Source: an uncultured Candidatus Rokubacteria bacterium
GTDB lineage: Bacteria > Methylomirabilota > Methylomirabilia > Rokubacteriales > DASRDR01
Length of the DNA: 64,000 nucleotides
Direction: 5' to 3'
NCBI GenBank assembly: GCA_963805625.1
Contig: CAWDVE010000010.1
Span: forward strand, 1,344,001-1,408,000
Part shown: one piece after another, positions 29,130 through 38,948 of the stretch
Numbering within the stretch: position 1 is the first letter of the stretch
Layout of the letters: every line of letters starts with the position of its first letter
Program-made: the position numbers and the translations under genes
The notes under the pieces: generated by a model
Databases searched by the model: none
What the model was told of the DNA's origin: nothing
What the model saw: only the letters and a program-made list of their open reading frames with translations

Positions 29130-30443
29130 TCAGTCCGTCGCGATGACGGCGTCCGCAGGCATGCCCGGCTTGAGCCGCCCGTCCGGGTTGGCGATCGCGA
29201 TCTTGACCCGGAACACCAGGTTGACCCGCTCCTTCTGCGTCTGCACGTTCCGCGGCGTGAACTCCGCCCCGGAAGCGATCTCGGTGATCCGGCCCTCGAA
29301 CGGTCGCCCGGGAAAGGCATCCACGGTGACTCGTGCCGTCTGGCCGACCCGCACCCGGCCCAGGTCGGTCTCCGGAATATACGCCCGGAGCCAGATGTCT
29401 CCGGGATCGACGAGCGTCACGATGGCCGAGCCGGGCGCCGCAGTCGCCCCGGGCTCGAGGCTCTTCCGCAGCACCACGCTGTCCATCGGCGCCTCGATCC
29501 GGGTGTCCGCGAGACGCGTGCGCGCCTGCACCAGGGTGGCCTCGGCCTGGGCGAGCTGAGCCCGGGCCGTATCCACCTGGCCGGGCCGGGGCCCGGCCTC
29601 GACCAGCGCGAGCCGCTCCCGGGCGGCCCGGACCTCGGCGCGCGCGGCCTCGACCTGATCCGGTCGCGGCCCCGCCTCGACGAGGCGCAGACGCTCCCGA
29701 GCCTGGCGAACCTCCGCCCGCGCTGCTTCCACCTGCTCGCTCCGCGGGCCGGCGATCACCAAGGCGAGCTGCTCCCGCGCCGTGCGCTCCTGCATCCGCG
29801 CGACCTCGAAGGCCTGCCAGGCGCGATCCTTGTCGGCCGCCGCCACTAGGTTCCGGTCGTAGAGCGACTTGAGCCGTTCGAACTCCCGCTCCGTCCACAC
29901 CCGAGTCGCCTCGGCCGAGGCCACGGCGCTTCGCGCCTGCTCGATCTCCTGCGCCCGCGACCCGGCCTCGAGATCGCGCTGCCGCGCCTCGGCCTGGGCT
30001 ACCACCTGGCGTGCCGCCTGGATCTCCTCCCGCCGTGCGCCGGCGACGAGGTCGGCCAGGGCTGCCTCGGCGCGCCCGACGTGCGCCCCCGCCTCGGCGA
30101 TCTCTTCCTTCCGAGCCCCAGCCAGGAGGTCGCGTAGCTGCGCCTGCGTCACGCGCACCCCCGCCTCGAGCCGGGCCACGTCCGCCGCCAGCTCGGCGTC
30201 GTCGAGCTGGATCACGAGCTCGCCCCGGCGGACGCGGCTGCCCTCCTCGACGCGGATCGCGGCAACACGGGCGGTCGTCTTGGGCGACAGGTCCACTTCG
30301 CGTGCCTCGATCGTCCCGGTCACCGTGAGGCCGGCGGTGTGCGGCTCGCGCCGCGACAGCGCCCAGAGCCCGACCGCTGCCAGCCCGACGAGGGCCACCA
30401 CAACCAGGACCACGCCCCTGAGGGCTCGGCCGAATGGACTCAT
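29130..30443 (-). CDS. HlyD-family periplasmic adaptor (YbhG-like) with elongated alpha-hairpin
   Basis: N-terminal TM, GTIEA, AEFTPRNVQT..ER..LVF, LKPGMPA. Confidence 0.92.
   Translation of the reverse strand: MSPFGRALRGVVLVVVALVGLAAVGLWALSRREPHTAGLTVTGTIEAREVDLSPKTTARVAAIRVEEGSRVRRGELVIQLDDAELAADVARLEAGVRVTQAQLRDLLAGARKEEIAEAGAHVGRAEAALADLVAGARREEIQAARQVVAQAEARQRDLEAGSRAQEIEQARSAVASAEATRVWTEREFERLKSLYDRNLVAAADKDRAWQAFEVARMQERTAREQLALVIAGPRSEQVEAARAEVRQARERLRLVEAGPRPDQVEAARAEVRAARERLALVEAGPRPGQVDTARAQLAQAEATLVQARTRLADTRIEAPMDSVVLRKSLEPGATAAPGSAIVTLVDPGDIWLRAYIPETDLGRVRVGQTARVTVDAFPGRPFEGRITEIASGAEFTPRNVQTQKERVNLVFRVKIAIANPDGRLKPGMPADAVIATD
29550..30150. repeat. 78-bp (26-aa) degenerate tandem repeats inside the HlyD gene, two blocks of three
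   Basis: L.AG.R.EEI..A three times and L.LVEAGPR..QV.AARA three times; gcctcgac recurs at 29596 and 29674. Confidence 0.8.
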
Positions 30444-30453
30444 CGCTGCGGCG

Positions 30454-31788
30454 CTACTGCCTGGCCGCGGCGGGCGGAACCGGCAGGAGGATCGCGGTCG
30501 TGCGGCGCTCGGCCACGAGGTGACGCTCCGCCACCCGCCGCACGTCCTCGCGCGTGACCGCGCGGATACCCGGCAGGTAGGCCTCGCGAAGCCGCCAGCC
30601 CCCGAGAAGCTCGTGGCGCGCGAGCGACGCTGACCGGCTGAAGACGGAATCCTGGCCGAAGAGGTAGGCGGCCTCCAGCTGGTTCTGGGCGCGCCGGAGC
30701 TCCTCCTCGGAGATGAGCTCGGTGCGCAGCCGCTCCACCTCGGCGTTGAGCGCCCTCTCGGCCTCCTCCACCGTGCGCCCGGGCAGCACCGTCACGTAGA
30801 AGGTGAACGTGTCCGGGTCGAGCGTGAGACGCGGGTAGTCACCGGCGGCCTCGAGGGCGAGCCGCTCCTCGTACACGAGCCGCCGATAGAGCCGCGACGT
30901 CCGCCCGCCCGACAGGACCGTCGACAGGACCTCGAGAGGGTAGGCGTCCTCCGATCGGTGATTGGGCACCGGATAGCCCGCGAAGACGACGGGAAGCTGC
31001 GCCTCTTTCCGCAGCCAGACTCGCCGCTCGCCGCGTTGCTCGGGTTCCACCACGGCGACGCGCGGCGGGTCGGGGCCCCGGGGAATGCCCTCGAACCGGG
31101 TCCGGATCTTCTCGAGGAGCTCGGCCGCACGGAAGTCCCCGACGACAGCGACGATCGCGTTGTTGGGCCGGTAGTAGGCCTCGTACCAGCCCCGAAGGTC
31201 GCTCGCCGTCAGGCGCTCGATGTCCTGGGCGAGCCCGATCGTCGGCAGCCGATAGGGGTGGACCACGAAGGCGACGGTGTTGAAGAGCTCGGCGAGGGCT
31301 CCGACCGGGTCGTCTTCCGTGCGTGTCCGGCGCTCCTCCATCACGACCTTCCGCTCGGCGTCGACCTCTCGGGGGTCGAGGAGAAGATGCCGCATCCGGT
31401 CAGCCTCGAGCTCGAGGACGAGGTCGAGCTGCTCGGCTGCGACGGTCACGTGGTACACGGTGACGTCGCGGCTCGTGAAGGCGTTGTCCTGGCCACCCAC
31501 CGTCTCGACCAGCTTCGAGAGGACCCCGGGCCCGTACCTCGGCGTCCCCTTGAACATCATGTGCTCGAGGTAGTGGGACAGCCCGCTCAACCCGACCCGT
31601 TCGTCGCGCGAGCCGACGCGGTACCAGACCTGGAAGCTGGCGACCGGGCTCCGGTGGTCCTCCTGGAGGAGAACTCGCAGGCCGTTGTCGAGCGTCGCCT
31701 CGACGATTTCCTCCGCACCCACCCACGGGCACGCGAGGCCGACGAGGAGAAGGATCAGAAGACGGGCGAGGCGACCGGGTCGGCTCAC
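30454..31788 (-). CDS. M16 family zinc peptidase, catalytic subunit
   Basis: HYLEH, NAFT, EERR; signal peptide; TATACT 6 nt before GTG. Confidence 0.92.
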   Translation of the reverse strand: MSRPGRLARLLILLLVGLACPWVGAEEIVEATLDNGLRVLLQEDHRSPVASFQVWYRVGSRDERVGLSGLSHYLEHMMFKGTPRYGPGVLSKLVETVGGQDNAFTSRDVTVYHVTVAAEQLDLVLELEADRMRHLLLDPREVDAERKVVMEERRTRTEDDPVGALAELFNTVAFVVHPYRLPTIGLAQDIERLTASDLRGWYEAYYRPNNAIVAVVGDFRAAELLEKIRTRFEGIPRGPDPPRVAVVEPEQRGERRVWLRKEAQLPVVFAGYPVPNHRSEDAYPLEVLSTVLSGGRTSRLYRRLVYEERLALEAAGDYPRLTLDPDTFTFYVTVLPGRTVEEAERALNAEVERLRTELISEEELRRAQNQLEAAYLFGQDSVFSRSASLARHELLGGWRLREAYLPGIRAVTREDVRRVAERHLVAERRTTAILLPVPPAAARQ

Positions 31789-31859
31789 GGCGCCAGTATA
31801 CAGGCGGTCCCGACCTCCCGGAGGACCCGAGACCGGCCGGTGCCTGCGTCACAAAGTCA

Positions 31860-33092
31860 TTAGAGACGGCGGGTTACCGCCGATCTTCCCAGCTCGGGTG
31901 AGCGCACGGCGAGCGCGACCGGCACGGCCGCGACCCCCAGCAGCGCTGCCAGATAGCACCCTCCGGCGAAGGAGCCGGACCAGTCCTTGATCCAGCCCGT
32001 GACGAAGGGGGCAACGAGGCTCGCGGTGAACGCAACGCTGTTCAGGACCCCGAAGGCAACGCCCATCGACCGCCGCGGGGCGAGCTCGGCCGTGAGCGCA
32101 TAGACGGGCGCCCACAGCCCCCAGAAGCAGAAGCTGGTGGCGAACATCACGAGGGCGAGCAGCCAGGCGGGGCCGCGCGCCTGCACGATCCACCCCATCG
32201 CGGCCGTGAGCACGGCCGTGGCCGCGATCCCGCCGGCGACGACGGTTCGGCGCGGCGTGCCGCGGCGCCGCAGCAGTCGGTCGGACAGCGCGCCCACGGC
32301 CAGCAGGCCGGGCGGCGCGGCGATCCCGAGGACGCTCGCGTAAAGCGCCGAGCGACCGAGCTCGCGGATGCCGACCTCGCCGAACAGCGCCGGACCCCAC
32401 GTCCCGACGAGCCACTGGGTCCAGATCGGCGAGATACCCGCGATCCCGAGGAGCCAGAGGTCGCGCTGACGGAACACGCCCGCAACCTCCCGGCCGACCA
32501 CGTCGCCGCGCGGCGCCTCCCCTCCGAGCCGGGTTGGGTCGGGCACGAAGCGGCCGATCAGAGTGGCCGAGAGCAGCGGCAAGGCTGCCAAGACGAGGAA
32601 CACGTGCCGCCACGGCATGAGCTCCCCGAGGGTCCCGCCCACCAGGACGCCGAGCGCCGTCCCGACCCCCAGCCCCGAGAACGACGCTCCCTGCCCGAAC
32701 GCGAGCCGGTCAGCCGGAGTCGCGGCCGCGATGATGGGCCGGTCGTTGGTGAAGTACATTCCCTGGGCGAGGCCGGTCAGAAGGCGCGCCAGCGCCAGGA
32801 TGGCCAGCGTGCGGGAGAGCCCCGTGACCACCGCCGCCCCGGCCACCAGCAGGATCCCGAAGACCAGCACGCGCTTCCGCCCGAAGCGGTCGCCGAGAAG
32901 CCCCGCTGGCACCTGCATCGCCACGTACCCGTAGAAGAAGACCGAGAAGAGAAAGCCGCCCTGGGCGTGACTCAGGCCGAATTCCGCCATGACGGGCTCG
33001 AGCAGCGGCGAGAGGGCCATGCGCACGACGTAGTTGCAGATCCAGCCGAAGACCAGAAGCGCCCACACGGTGTGGTAGGCCTGCCACGGCAT
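31860..33092 (-). CDS. MFS transporter
   Basis: [11 protein letters not shown] motif A; 12 TM segments. Confidence 0.9.
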   Translation of the reverse strand: MPWQAYHTVWALLVFGWICNYVVRMALSPLLEPVMAEFGLSHAQGGFLFSVFFYGYVAMQVPAGLLGDRFGRKRVLVFGILLVAGAAVVTGLSRTLAILALARLLTGLAQGMYFTNDRPIIAAATPADRLAFGQGASFSGLGVGTALGVLVGGTLGELMPWRHVFLVLAALPLLSATLIGRFVPDPTRLGGEAPRGDVVGREVAGVFRQRDLWLLGIAGISPIWTQWLVGTWGPALFGEVGIRELGRSALYASVLGIAAPPGLLAVGALSDRLLRRRGTPRRTVVAGGIAATAVLTAAMGWIVQARGPAWLLALVMFATSFCFWGLWAPVYALTAELAPRRSMGVAFGVLNSVAFTASLVAPFVTGWIKDWSGSFAGGCYLAALLGVAAVPVALAVRSPELGRSAVTRRL

Positions 33093-33192
33093 GGTAGTCG
33101 GTCCGCTCAGGCCTGGAACGATGAGTGGGTGCGCATTGTCGGGGGCGCGTCGCGTGGCGCGGCCACCGTAACACCTCCCGGCGCCGCGCGGC

Positions 33193-33222
33193 TTGACCCC
33201 TCCGCGAACCGCGTGCTAGCGT
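33193..33222 (+). promoter_or_regulatory. Possible sigma70 promoter for the SDR gene
   Basis: TTGACC-N18-TAGCGT with extended TG. Confidence 0.4.
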
Positions 33223-33284
33223 CCTCGCGGCGTTCCGAAATCCGACCTGATCGGGCTCGTCGAGCCCGTCCGAGGGCCCATGTC

Positions 33285-34052
33285 ATGAAGGTCGACGGTT
33301 CCACGTTCCTGGTGACCGGCGGCGCGTCCGGGCTCGGCCGCGCCACGGTCGAGCGGCTCCTGACCCACGGCGGACGGGTGGCCATCCTGGATCTCGGGCG
33401 ATCGGCGGGCGCCCAGGTCGCGGCCGATCTCGGGCCGCACGCCCTGTTCGTCCCCTGCGACGTTACCAGCGCCGACGACGTGGGGGCGGCGATCGACGCG
33501 GCCGGCGCGCGATTCGGGCCGATCCACGGGCTCGTGAACTGCGCGGGCGTCGCGATCGCCGAGAAGACGCACGGCAAGCGCGGCCCGCACGACCTCGGGT
33601 CCTTCACCTTCGTCATCCAGGTGAACCTGATCGGGACCTTTAACTGCATCCGGCTCGCCGCGGCGCGGATGGCGCAGAACGCGCCGGGCGACGACGGGGA
33701 GCGCGGCGTGATCGTCAACACGGCGTCGGTCGCCGCCTTCGACGGCCAGGTCGGCCAGGCGGCGTACTCGGCCTCCAAGGGGGGCATCGTCGGCATGACG
33801 CTCCCGATCGCGCGGGACCTGGCCGAAGTGGGCATCCGCGTCTGCACGATCGCGCCCGGACTCTTCGACACGCCGCTCATGGGGATGCTGCCCGAGCCGG
33901 CCCGGCAGTCCCTCGCCCGGCAGGTCCCCTTCCCGAGCCGGCTCGGCCGCCCGGGCGAGTACGCCGCGCTCGCGTGCCACATCATCGAGAACGCCATGCT
34001 GAACGGCGAAACCATCCGGCTGGACGGCGCCATTCGCATGGCCCCGCGCTAG
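33285..34052 (+). CDS. 3-hydroxyacyl-CoA dehydrogenase type II (HSD10-like SDR)
   Basis: [30 protein letters not shown]. Confidence 0.92.
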   Translation: MKVDGSTFLVTGGASGLGRATVERLLTHGGRVAILDLGRSAGAQVAADLGPHALFVPCDVTSADDVGAAIDAAGARFGPIHGLVNCAGVAIAEKTHGKRGPHDLGSFTFVIQVNLIGTFNCIRLAAARMAQNAPGDDGERGVIVNTASVAAFDGQVGQAAYSASKGGIVGMTLPIARDLAEVGIRVCTIAPGLFDTPLMGMLPEPARQSLARQVPFPSRLGRPGEYAALACHIIENAMLNGETIRLDGAIRMAPR

Positions 34053-34057
34053 GCCTA

Positions 34058-34135
34058 GGGGTCAGACTTTGATTTCTCAACAATTGTCGCAGGTGGGCTG
34101 CGGCGAGAAATGTCGGGAAGTCAAAGCCCGACCCC
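34058..34135. repeat. REP/MITE-like imperfect palindrome
   Basis: GGGGTCAGACTTTGATTTCTCAACAATT ... AAATGTCGGGAAGTCAAAGCCCGACCCC; arms match 22/28; AT-rich relative to surroundings. Confidence 0.75.
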
Positions 34136-34156
34136 GGTCAACGGGCCTGACTACGA

Positions 34157-34300
34157 TCAGGAGGTGGTATAGCTGGTCTTGACGGGGTGTAGAACTTCCG
34201 CGCGTAGGTCCCCTGCTCCTGGCGGCCGTAGCTCGACGCCTTCCGCCCGTTCAGCGCCCGTCACCCACTCGCCGTTGATCAGGTTCCCATGGAGCGCCAC
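34157..34300 (-). pseudogene. Aldehyde dehydrogenase remnant (N- and C-termini only)
   Basis: HGNLINGEWV followed by GRKASSYGRQEQGTYARKFYT and VKTSY, with frame changes; AAGGA RBS. Confidence 0.7.
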
Positions 34301-34355
34301 GGTCCTTCTCTTTCTCGTGAGACAGCTCGCGGTGGCCGCCGGATTCCGGCTGCCG

Positions 34356-34892
34356 TCAGGGCGCGACTCCGACAGGGATGCCCAGAAGCTTCCCCAGGAC
34401 GAAGAGCACCGCGAAGTTGAGAGCGAACCCGATCAGACAGACACCGACCGCACGGCCGGTCGACTCATAGTCCAACGCTTGGCGGACCGCCACGACCATG
34501 GCAACCAGCATCCACACGGAGGCGACGAAGGAGACCAGCGTGCCAAGGCCGGGGATGATCGCGAGGACGCGGATCAGTCCGGGGGTGGCCGAGAAGCCGA
34601 TGGTGCGCAGAAGCTGCCCGACATCGGCTTGCGTCTTGGCGCCCGGGAGAAGTCGCGTGCCCACGAAATAGGTGATGAACGCCCACACGTACCACCCGAT
34701 CAGCGAGGCGAGGGCGGCCAGGAGGAAGCCCCCGACCCCCATCCCCCGCATCGCGGTGACACCTCCGGCCACGCTGGCGAGCACCACGACCAGCATTGCC
34801 TGAGGGGTCGCCGTCGCGTCGGCCTCGACCTCCTCGTACGTCGCGGCGTCGAGCTTGGCCGCACCGAGCATCCGCTCCGTCAGGCTCGCCAT
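34356..34892 (-). CDS. Yip1 family membrane protein
   Basis: RMLGAAKLD..TYEEVE.D, ~5 TM segments, AVRQALDY; GGGAGG RBS. Confidence 0.85.
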   Translation of the reverse strand: MASLTERMLGAAKLDAATYEEVEADATATPQAMLVVVLASVAGGVTAMRGMGVGGFLLAALASLIGWYVWAFITYFVGTRLLPGAKTQADVGQLLRTIGFSATPGLIRVLAIIPGLGTLVSFVASVWMLVAMVVAVRQALDYESTGRAVGVCLIGFALNFAVLFVLGKLLGIPVGVAP

Positions 34893-34960
34893 CAGTCGCC
34901 TCCCTTCGGGCTCACAGTCAGGGGCAAGTCGCGCGGCCCCGGTACCGCGCCGCGCCGATT

Positions 34961-36214
34961 CTACTCGCCGGGGGACGCGTCGGCCAGGGGGCCATCTTGC
35001 GGCGAGGGCAGACCGGGGCCGGTCACCGCACCGCGGCGCGCGAGCTCGCCGATGCGGTCGGGTCCATAGCCCAGCACGTCGGTGAGCACCGCCCGCGTGT
35101 CCTCGCCAGGCCGGTACGGCGCCGGCCCGCCAGGCCCGACGGCCGCGCCGTCCACGTGAAATGGCGACGCCGTCACGCGCACCGCCCCACGGGTCGGGTG
35201 GGCAACCGACGGAAAGGCCCCACGCGCCTGGAGGTGCGGCGCCGCGACCACCTCGGCGGGCCAGAGCACGCGCGCGCACGGAATCCGGGCCGCGCCCAGG
35301 GCGGCGAGCGCGTCCTCCGCCGACGCGAAGCGGTCGAGCCAAGCCCCGATGATCGGGCGGAGCTCGGGCCAGTTCTCGCGCCGAGCCATCGGCGTCGCGA
35401 AGCGGGGGTCCTCGGCCAGATCCGTCCGGCCGAGGAGATCGAGGAGCCGCGGCCAAAGATCGAGCACGCCGACGACCTGGAGCGCCACCCAGCTGTCGCC
35501 GACCTGCTGCACCAGCATCCCGCTTCGCGGACCGGGATACGACGGCCCCTCGTTCAGGACGCTGCCGAAGCTAATGTCCTCCGCGCCGATCAGCGCCTCG
35601 AGCATCGACACGTCGAGATGCGCGCCACGACCGGTGCGGGTACGGCGGAGCAGCGCGGCGGCGATGGCGCCGAAGGCGTGGGTGCCGGCCAGGATGTCGG
35701 CAGCCTGGAGGTACAGCACCCGCGGCGGCTCCTCCGCGCCCCGCTCCAGGTGCATTAGGCCCGACGTGGCATGCACGACGTGCGCGAAGGCGGCGCGGTT
35801 CCGCCACGGTCCCGTCTGACCGTATCCCGAGATGGAGCAGTACACGAGGTCGGGCCGCACGGCGGTCGCCGCCGCGTAGTCGAGTCCCATGTGCGCCATG
35901 ACGCCGGGGCGGAAGTTCTCGACCACCACGTCCGCGACCCGGACGAGGTCCAGCGCCACGGTGCGCGCCTCCGGGTGCCCCAGGTCGAGGGCGATCGACC
36001 GTTTCCCCGCGTTGACCCGGACGAAGTAGCTGCTCTGATCGCCCCGCTCCGGGTCGAGCTGGAGCGGCGCGGCCCGCATGTCGTCACCGCGCGGCCGCTC
36101 GACCTTGATCACACGGGCGCCGAGGTCGGCGAGGAGCCGCGTGCAATACGGCCCGGCGAGAACACGCGTGAAGTCGAGAACGGTAATGCCCTGGAGGAAA
36201 TCCGGGCCCGGCAC
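34961..36214 (-). CDS. Family III CoA-transferase (CaiB/BaiF)
   Basis: [29 protein letters not shown]; TATCGT 6 nt before GTG. Confidence 0.9.
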   Translation of the reverse strand: MPGPDFLQGITVLDFTRVLAGPYCTRLLADLGARVIKVERPRGDDMRAAPLQLDPERGDQSSYFVRVNAGKRSIALDLGHPEARTVALDLVRVADVVVENFRPGVMAHMGLDYAAATAVRPDLVYCSISGYGQTGPWRNRAAFAHVVHATSGLMHLERGAEEPPRVLYLQAADILAGTHAFGAIAAALLRRTRTGRGAHLDVSMLEALIGAEDISFGSVLNEGPSYPGPRSGMLVQQVGDSWVALQVVGVLDLWPRLLDLLGRTDLAEDPRFATPMARRENWPELRPIIGAWLDRFASAEDALAALGAARIPCARVLWPAEVVAAPHLQARGAFPSVAHPTRGAVRVTASPFHVDGAAVGPGGPAPYRPGEDTRAVLTDVLGYGPDRIGELARRGAVTGPGLPSPQDGPLADASPGE

Positions 36215-36354
36215 AGCGCTACGATAGGGAACCGGCGCCGGCACCGCAAGGCCGGGTGTGGTATCCAGCCTGGACGGGTCGCGGCCTTCGGCCTATTCTT
36301 GAACCGACCGAGGCCGGGATGCGGGCAGCGCGCCATCTCACGGAGGAGCAAGCC

Positions 36355-36762
36355 ATCGCGACGTCCATCCGGGTTCTGATCGCCAAGGTCGGTCTCGACG
36401 GCCACGACCGGGGCGCCAAGGTGGTTGCCCGCGCGCTCCGAGACGGCGGTATGGACGTCATCTACACGGGCCTCCACCGGACGCCGGAAGAGGTCGTGGC
36501 GGCGGCCGTCCAGGAAGACGTGGACGTGCTCGGGGTGAGCATCCTCTCGGGCGCCCACATGACGCTTCTCCCTCGGATCATCGAGCTCCTCCGGTCGAGC
36601 GACGCGGCGGACGTGCTGGTGGTCGCGGGCGGGGTGATCCCGGACGAGGACCTGCCCGCGCTTCGCGACTCCGGTGTGGCGGAGGTCTTCCTCCAGGAAA
36701 CGCCGCCCGCGGCTCTCGTCGCCCGGGTTCGCGAGCTGGTCGAGACGGCCCGGGCCGGCTGA
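36355..36762 (+). CDS. hcmB: Cobalamin-binding small subunit of acyl-CoA mutase (HcmB-like)
   Basis: DGHDRG B12-binding motif, SILSGAH, GGVIP; GGAGGAG precedes ATC 36355 (alternative ATG 36319). Confidence 0.85.
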   Translation: MATSIRVLIAKVGLDGHDRGAKVVARALRDGGMDVIYTGLHRTPEEVVAAAVQEDVDVLGVSILSGAHMTLLPRIIELLRSSDAADVLVVAGGVIPDEDLPALRDSGVAEVFLQETPPAALVARVRELVETARAG

Positions 36763-36810
36763 CACTGCGCGGGAGACCCGGCTCCTTCGAACATTGGCGA
36801 TCGTGGGCTC

Positions 36811-38277
36811 ATGAGCGTCCTCGATCTCGACGCGATCCGGCGCGTCCGCGGCGTGGACCTCGCCGTCTGGCCGGCACGATACGACCCCGCGTATCGGCCG
36901 CCGCCCGACGCCGAGTACTGGCTGCCCGAGGTCGAGTGCGCGCCGCCCCCCGCGCGTGAGGGGCTGATCCTCGCGAAGCTCCGCGAGCAGGTCCGGTACG
37001 CGTGGGAGCGAAGCTCTTTCTACCGCCACAAGTGGGAGGCTAAGGGCGTCTCCCCCGACATGCTCCGGACCCTCGCGGACCTCGGCTCCTTCCCCGTCGT
37101 GACCAAGGAGGAGCTCCGCGCCGCGCAGACCGCACATCCACCGTTCGGCGACTACCTCTGCATCCCTCCCGAGGGTGTCGCCCGCATCCATGGGACTAGC
37201 GGTACGACGGGCCGGCCGACCGTGTTCGGGGTCGGCACGGAGGACTGGGGACGGATCGGCGAGGCGCACGCCCGGATCATGTGGGCCTTCGGCATCCGGC
37301 CGAGCGACCGCATCCTGATCTGCTCCTTCTTCAGTCTCTACATGGGCTCGTGGGGAGCGCTCGCCGGCGGCGAGCGCCTGGGCGCGACGATGTTCCCCTT
37401 CGGCGCCGGCGTCCTGGGCCAGACGCTGGCGGCGGTCCAGTGGGCGCGTGAGATCCGGCCCGCCGCGTTCTACGGAACGCCCTCCTACGCGCTCCACTTC
37501 GCCGAGACCGCCCGGCGGGAGGGTGTCGATCCGCGGGCCCTGGGGCTCCGGGTCCTCTTCTTCTCGGGGGAGCCGGGCGCCGGCATCCCGTCCACGAAGC
37601 GGCTCATCGAGGACACGTTCGGCGGCGTCTGCATCGACACGGGAAGCATGGCGGAGATGACTCCGTGGATGACCAACGCGGAGTGCCCCTACCGCACGGG
37701 CATGCATCTCTGGCAGGATCTGGTGTACACCGAGGTCTGCGATCCCGAGACGCACCGACCGGTTCCGTACGGGAGCGAGGGCACGCCGGTCTACACCCAT
37801 CTCGAGCGCACGTCCCAGCCGATGATCCGGCTGGTCTCGGGCGACCGGACACGCTGGACGGGCGACCCCTGCCCGTGCGGGCGGACCTACCCTCGCCTGC
37901 CGGCGGGGATCTACGGCCGCTTCGACGACATGCTGGTCGTGAGGGGCGAGAACGTGTATCCGAGCGGCATCGAGGACGCGCTGCGCGCCATCCCGGGATT
38001 CGGCGGCGAGTTCCGGGTCATCGTCTCCCGGCGCGAGGCGATGGACGAGCTCCTGGTGCGCGCCGAGTACGCCCCGGAGCACGAGCCGTCCGACCGGCGC
38101 GACGCGCTCCAGCGGACGATGCGCGAGCGGCTGCGTGCGCGGATCGGGATCCATCCGGTCATCGAGCTGGTCCCGCAGGGTACTCTCCCGCGCTCGGAGT
38201 TCAAGGCTCGCCGCGTGGTGGACGACCGCGACCTCTATCGACGCGCGCTCTCCGATGAGAGGGACCGCGCGCGATGA
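36811..38277 (+). CDS. PaaK-family CoA ligase, probably 2-hydroxyisobutyrate-CoA ligase
   Basis: HGTSGTTGRP, SGEPG, CPCGRT, GR.DDM; located between the mutase subunit genes. Confidence 0.85.
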   Translation: MSVLDLDAIRRVRGVDLAVWPARYDPAYRPPPDAEYWLPEVECAPPPAREGLILAKLREQVRYAWERSSFYRHKWEAKGVSPDMLRTLADLGSFPVVTKEELRAAQTAHPPFGDYLCIPPEGVARIHGTSGTTGRPTVFGVGTEDWGRIGEAHARIMWAFGIRPSDRILICSFFSLYMGSWGALAGGERLGATMFPFGAGVLGQTLAAVQWAREIRPAAFYGTPSYALHFAETARREGVDPRALGLRVLFFSGEPGAGIPSTKRLIEDTFGGVCIDTGSMAEMTPWMTNAECPYRTGMHLWQDLVYTEVCDPETHRPVPYGSEGTPVYTHLERTSQPMIRLVSGDRTRWTGDPCPCGRTYPRLPAGIYGRFDDMLVVRGENVYPSGIEDALRAIPGFGGEFRVIVSRREAMDELLVRAEYAPEHEPSDRRDALQRTMRERLRARIGIHPVIELVPQGTLPRSEFKARRVVDDRDLYRRALSDERDRAR

Positions 38278-38393
38278 CACGCCATGGCCGCGGCGGGCGC
38301 CGGCGGGCGTGGTTCACGCTGGCGGCTCTGCGGTGTCCTGGTAGACGAGCCGCCGTCCTGTCCGCCGGACGAGCTTCGGGCGGAGGGACGTCC

Positions 38394-38924
38394 ATGAACC
38401 AGGTCCTCTACACGCGCGCGCCCAGTCCCCTGGGGCCGCTCTTGCTGGTTGGAACGGGAGACGCGCTCACCTCGATCTGGCTCCCGTTCGGTCGCGACCG
38501 CCTCGAGCCAGACCCGGACTGGATCGAGTCCGTGCAGACGTTCGCGGAGGCCGTCCGCCAGCTCGACGCGTACTTCGACGGCCGGCTCCGACAGTTCGAC
38601 TTGCCCCTCGCCCCCAAGGGCACGGCCTTCCAGCAGCGGGTGTGGCAGGCGCTCCTCGACATCCCCTACGGCGAGACCGTGTCATACGGGGAGCTCGCCC
38701 GCCGAATCGGCCGGCCGTCGGCCGTCCGGGCGGTCGGTGCCGCGAACGGCCAGAACCCGCTGTCGATCGTGATCCCGTGCCACCGGGTCATCGGAAGCGA
38801 CGGACGCCTGGTCGGCTACGGCGGGGGGCTCCCCGCCAAGTCCGCGCTGCTCGCGCTCGAGCAGCGCGTTGCGGGCACCCCGGCTCACCCGGTCCGCCCG
38901 CGACAGGGCGCGCTCTTCGGCTGA
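38394..38924 (+). CDS. ogt: Methylated-DNA--protein-cysteine methyltransferase
   Basis: GTAFQQRVW, RAVG, IPCHRV. Confidence 0.93.
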   Translation: MNQVLYTRAPSPLGPLLLVGTGDALTSIWLPFGRDRLEPDPDWIESVQTFAEAVRQLDAYFDGRLRQFDLPLAPKGTAFQQRVWQALLDIPYGETVSYGELARRIGRPSAVRAVGAANGQNPLSIVIPCHRVIGSDGRLVGYGGGLPAKSALLALEQRVAGTPAHPVRPRQGALFG

Positions 38925-38948
38925 CCCTGGCCGCAAAGGGAGCACACG

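Noticed and set aside
29550-30150. CRISPR or non-coding repeat array
   Set aside because: The repeats are degenerate, in-frame 78-bp coding units without unique spacers; no cas genes
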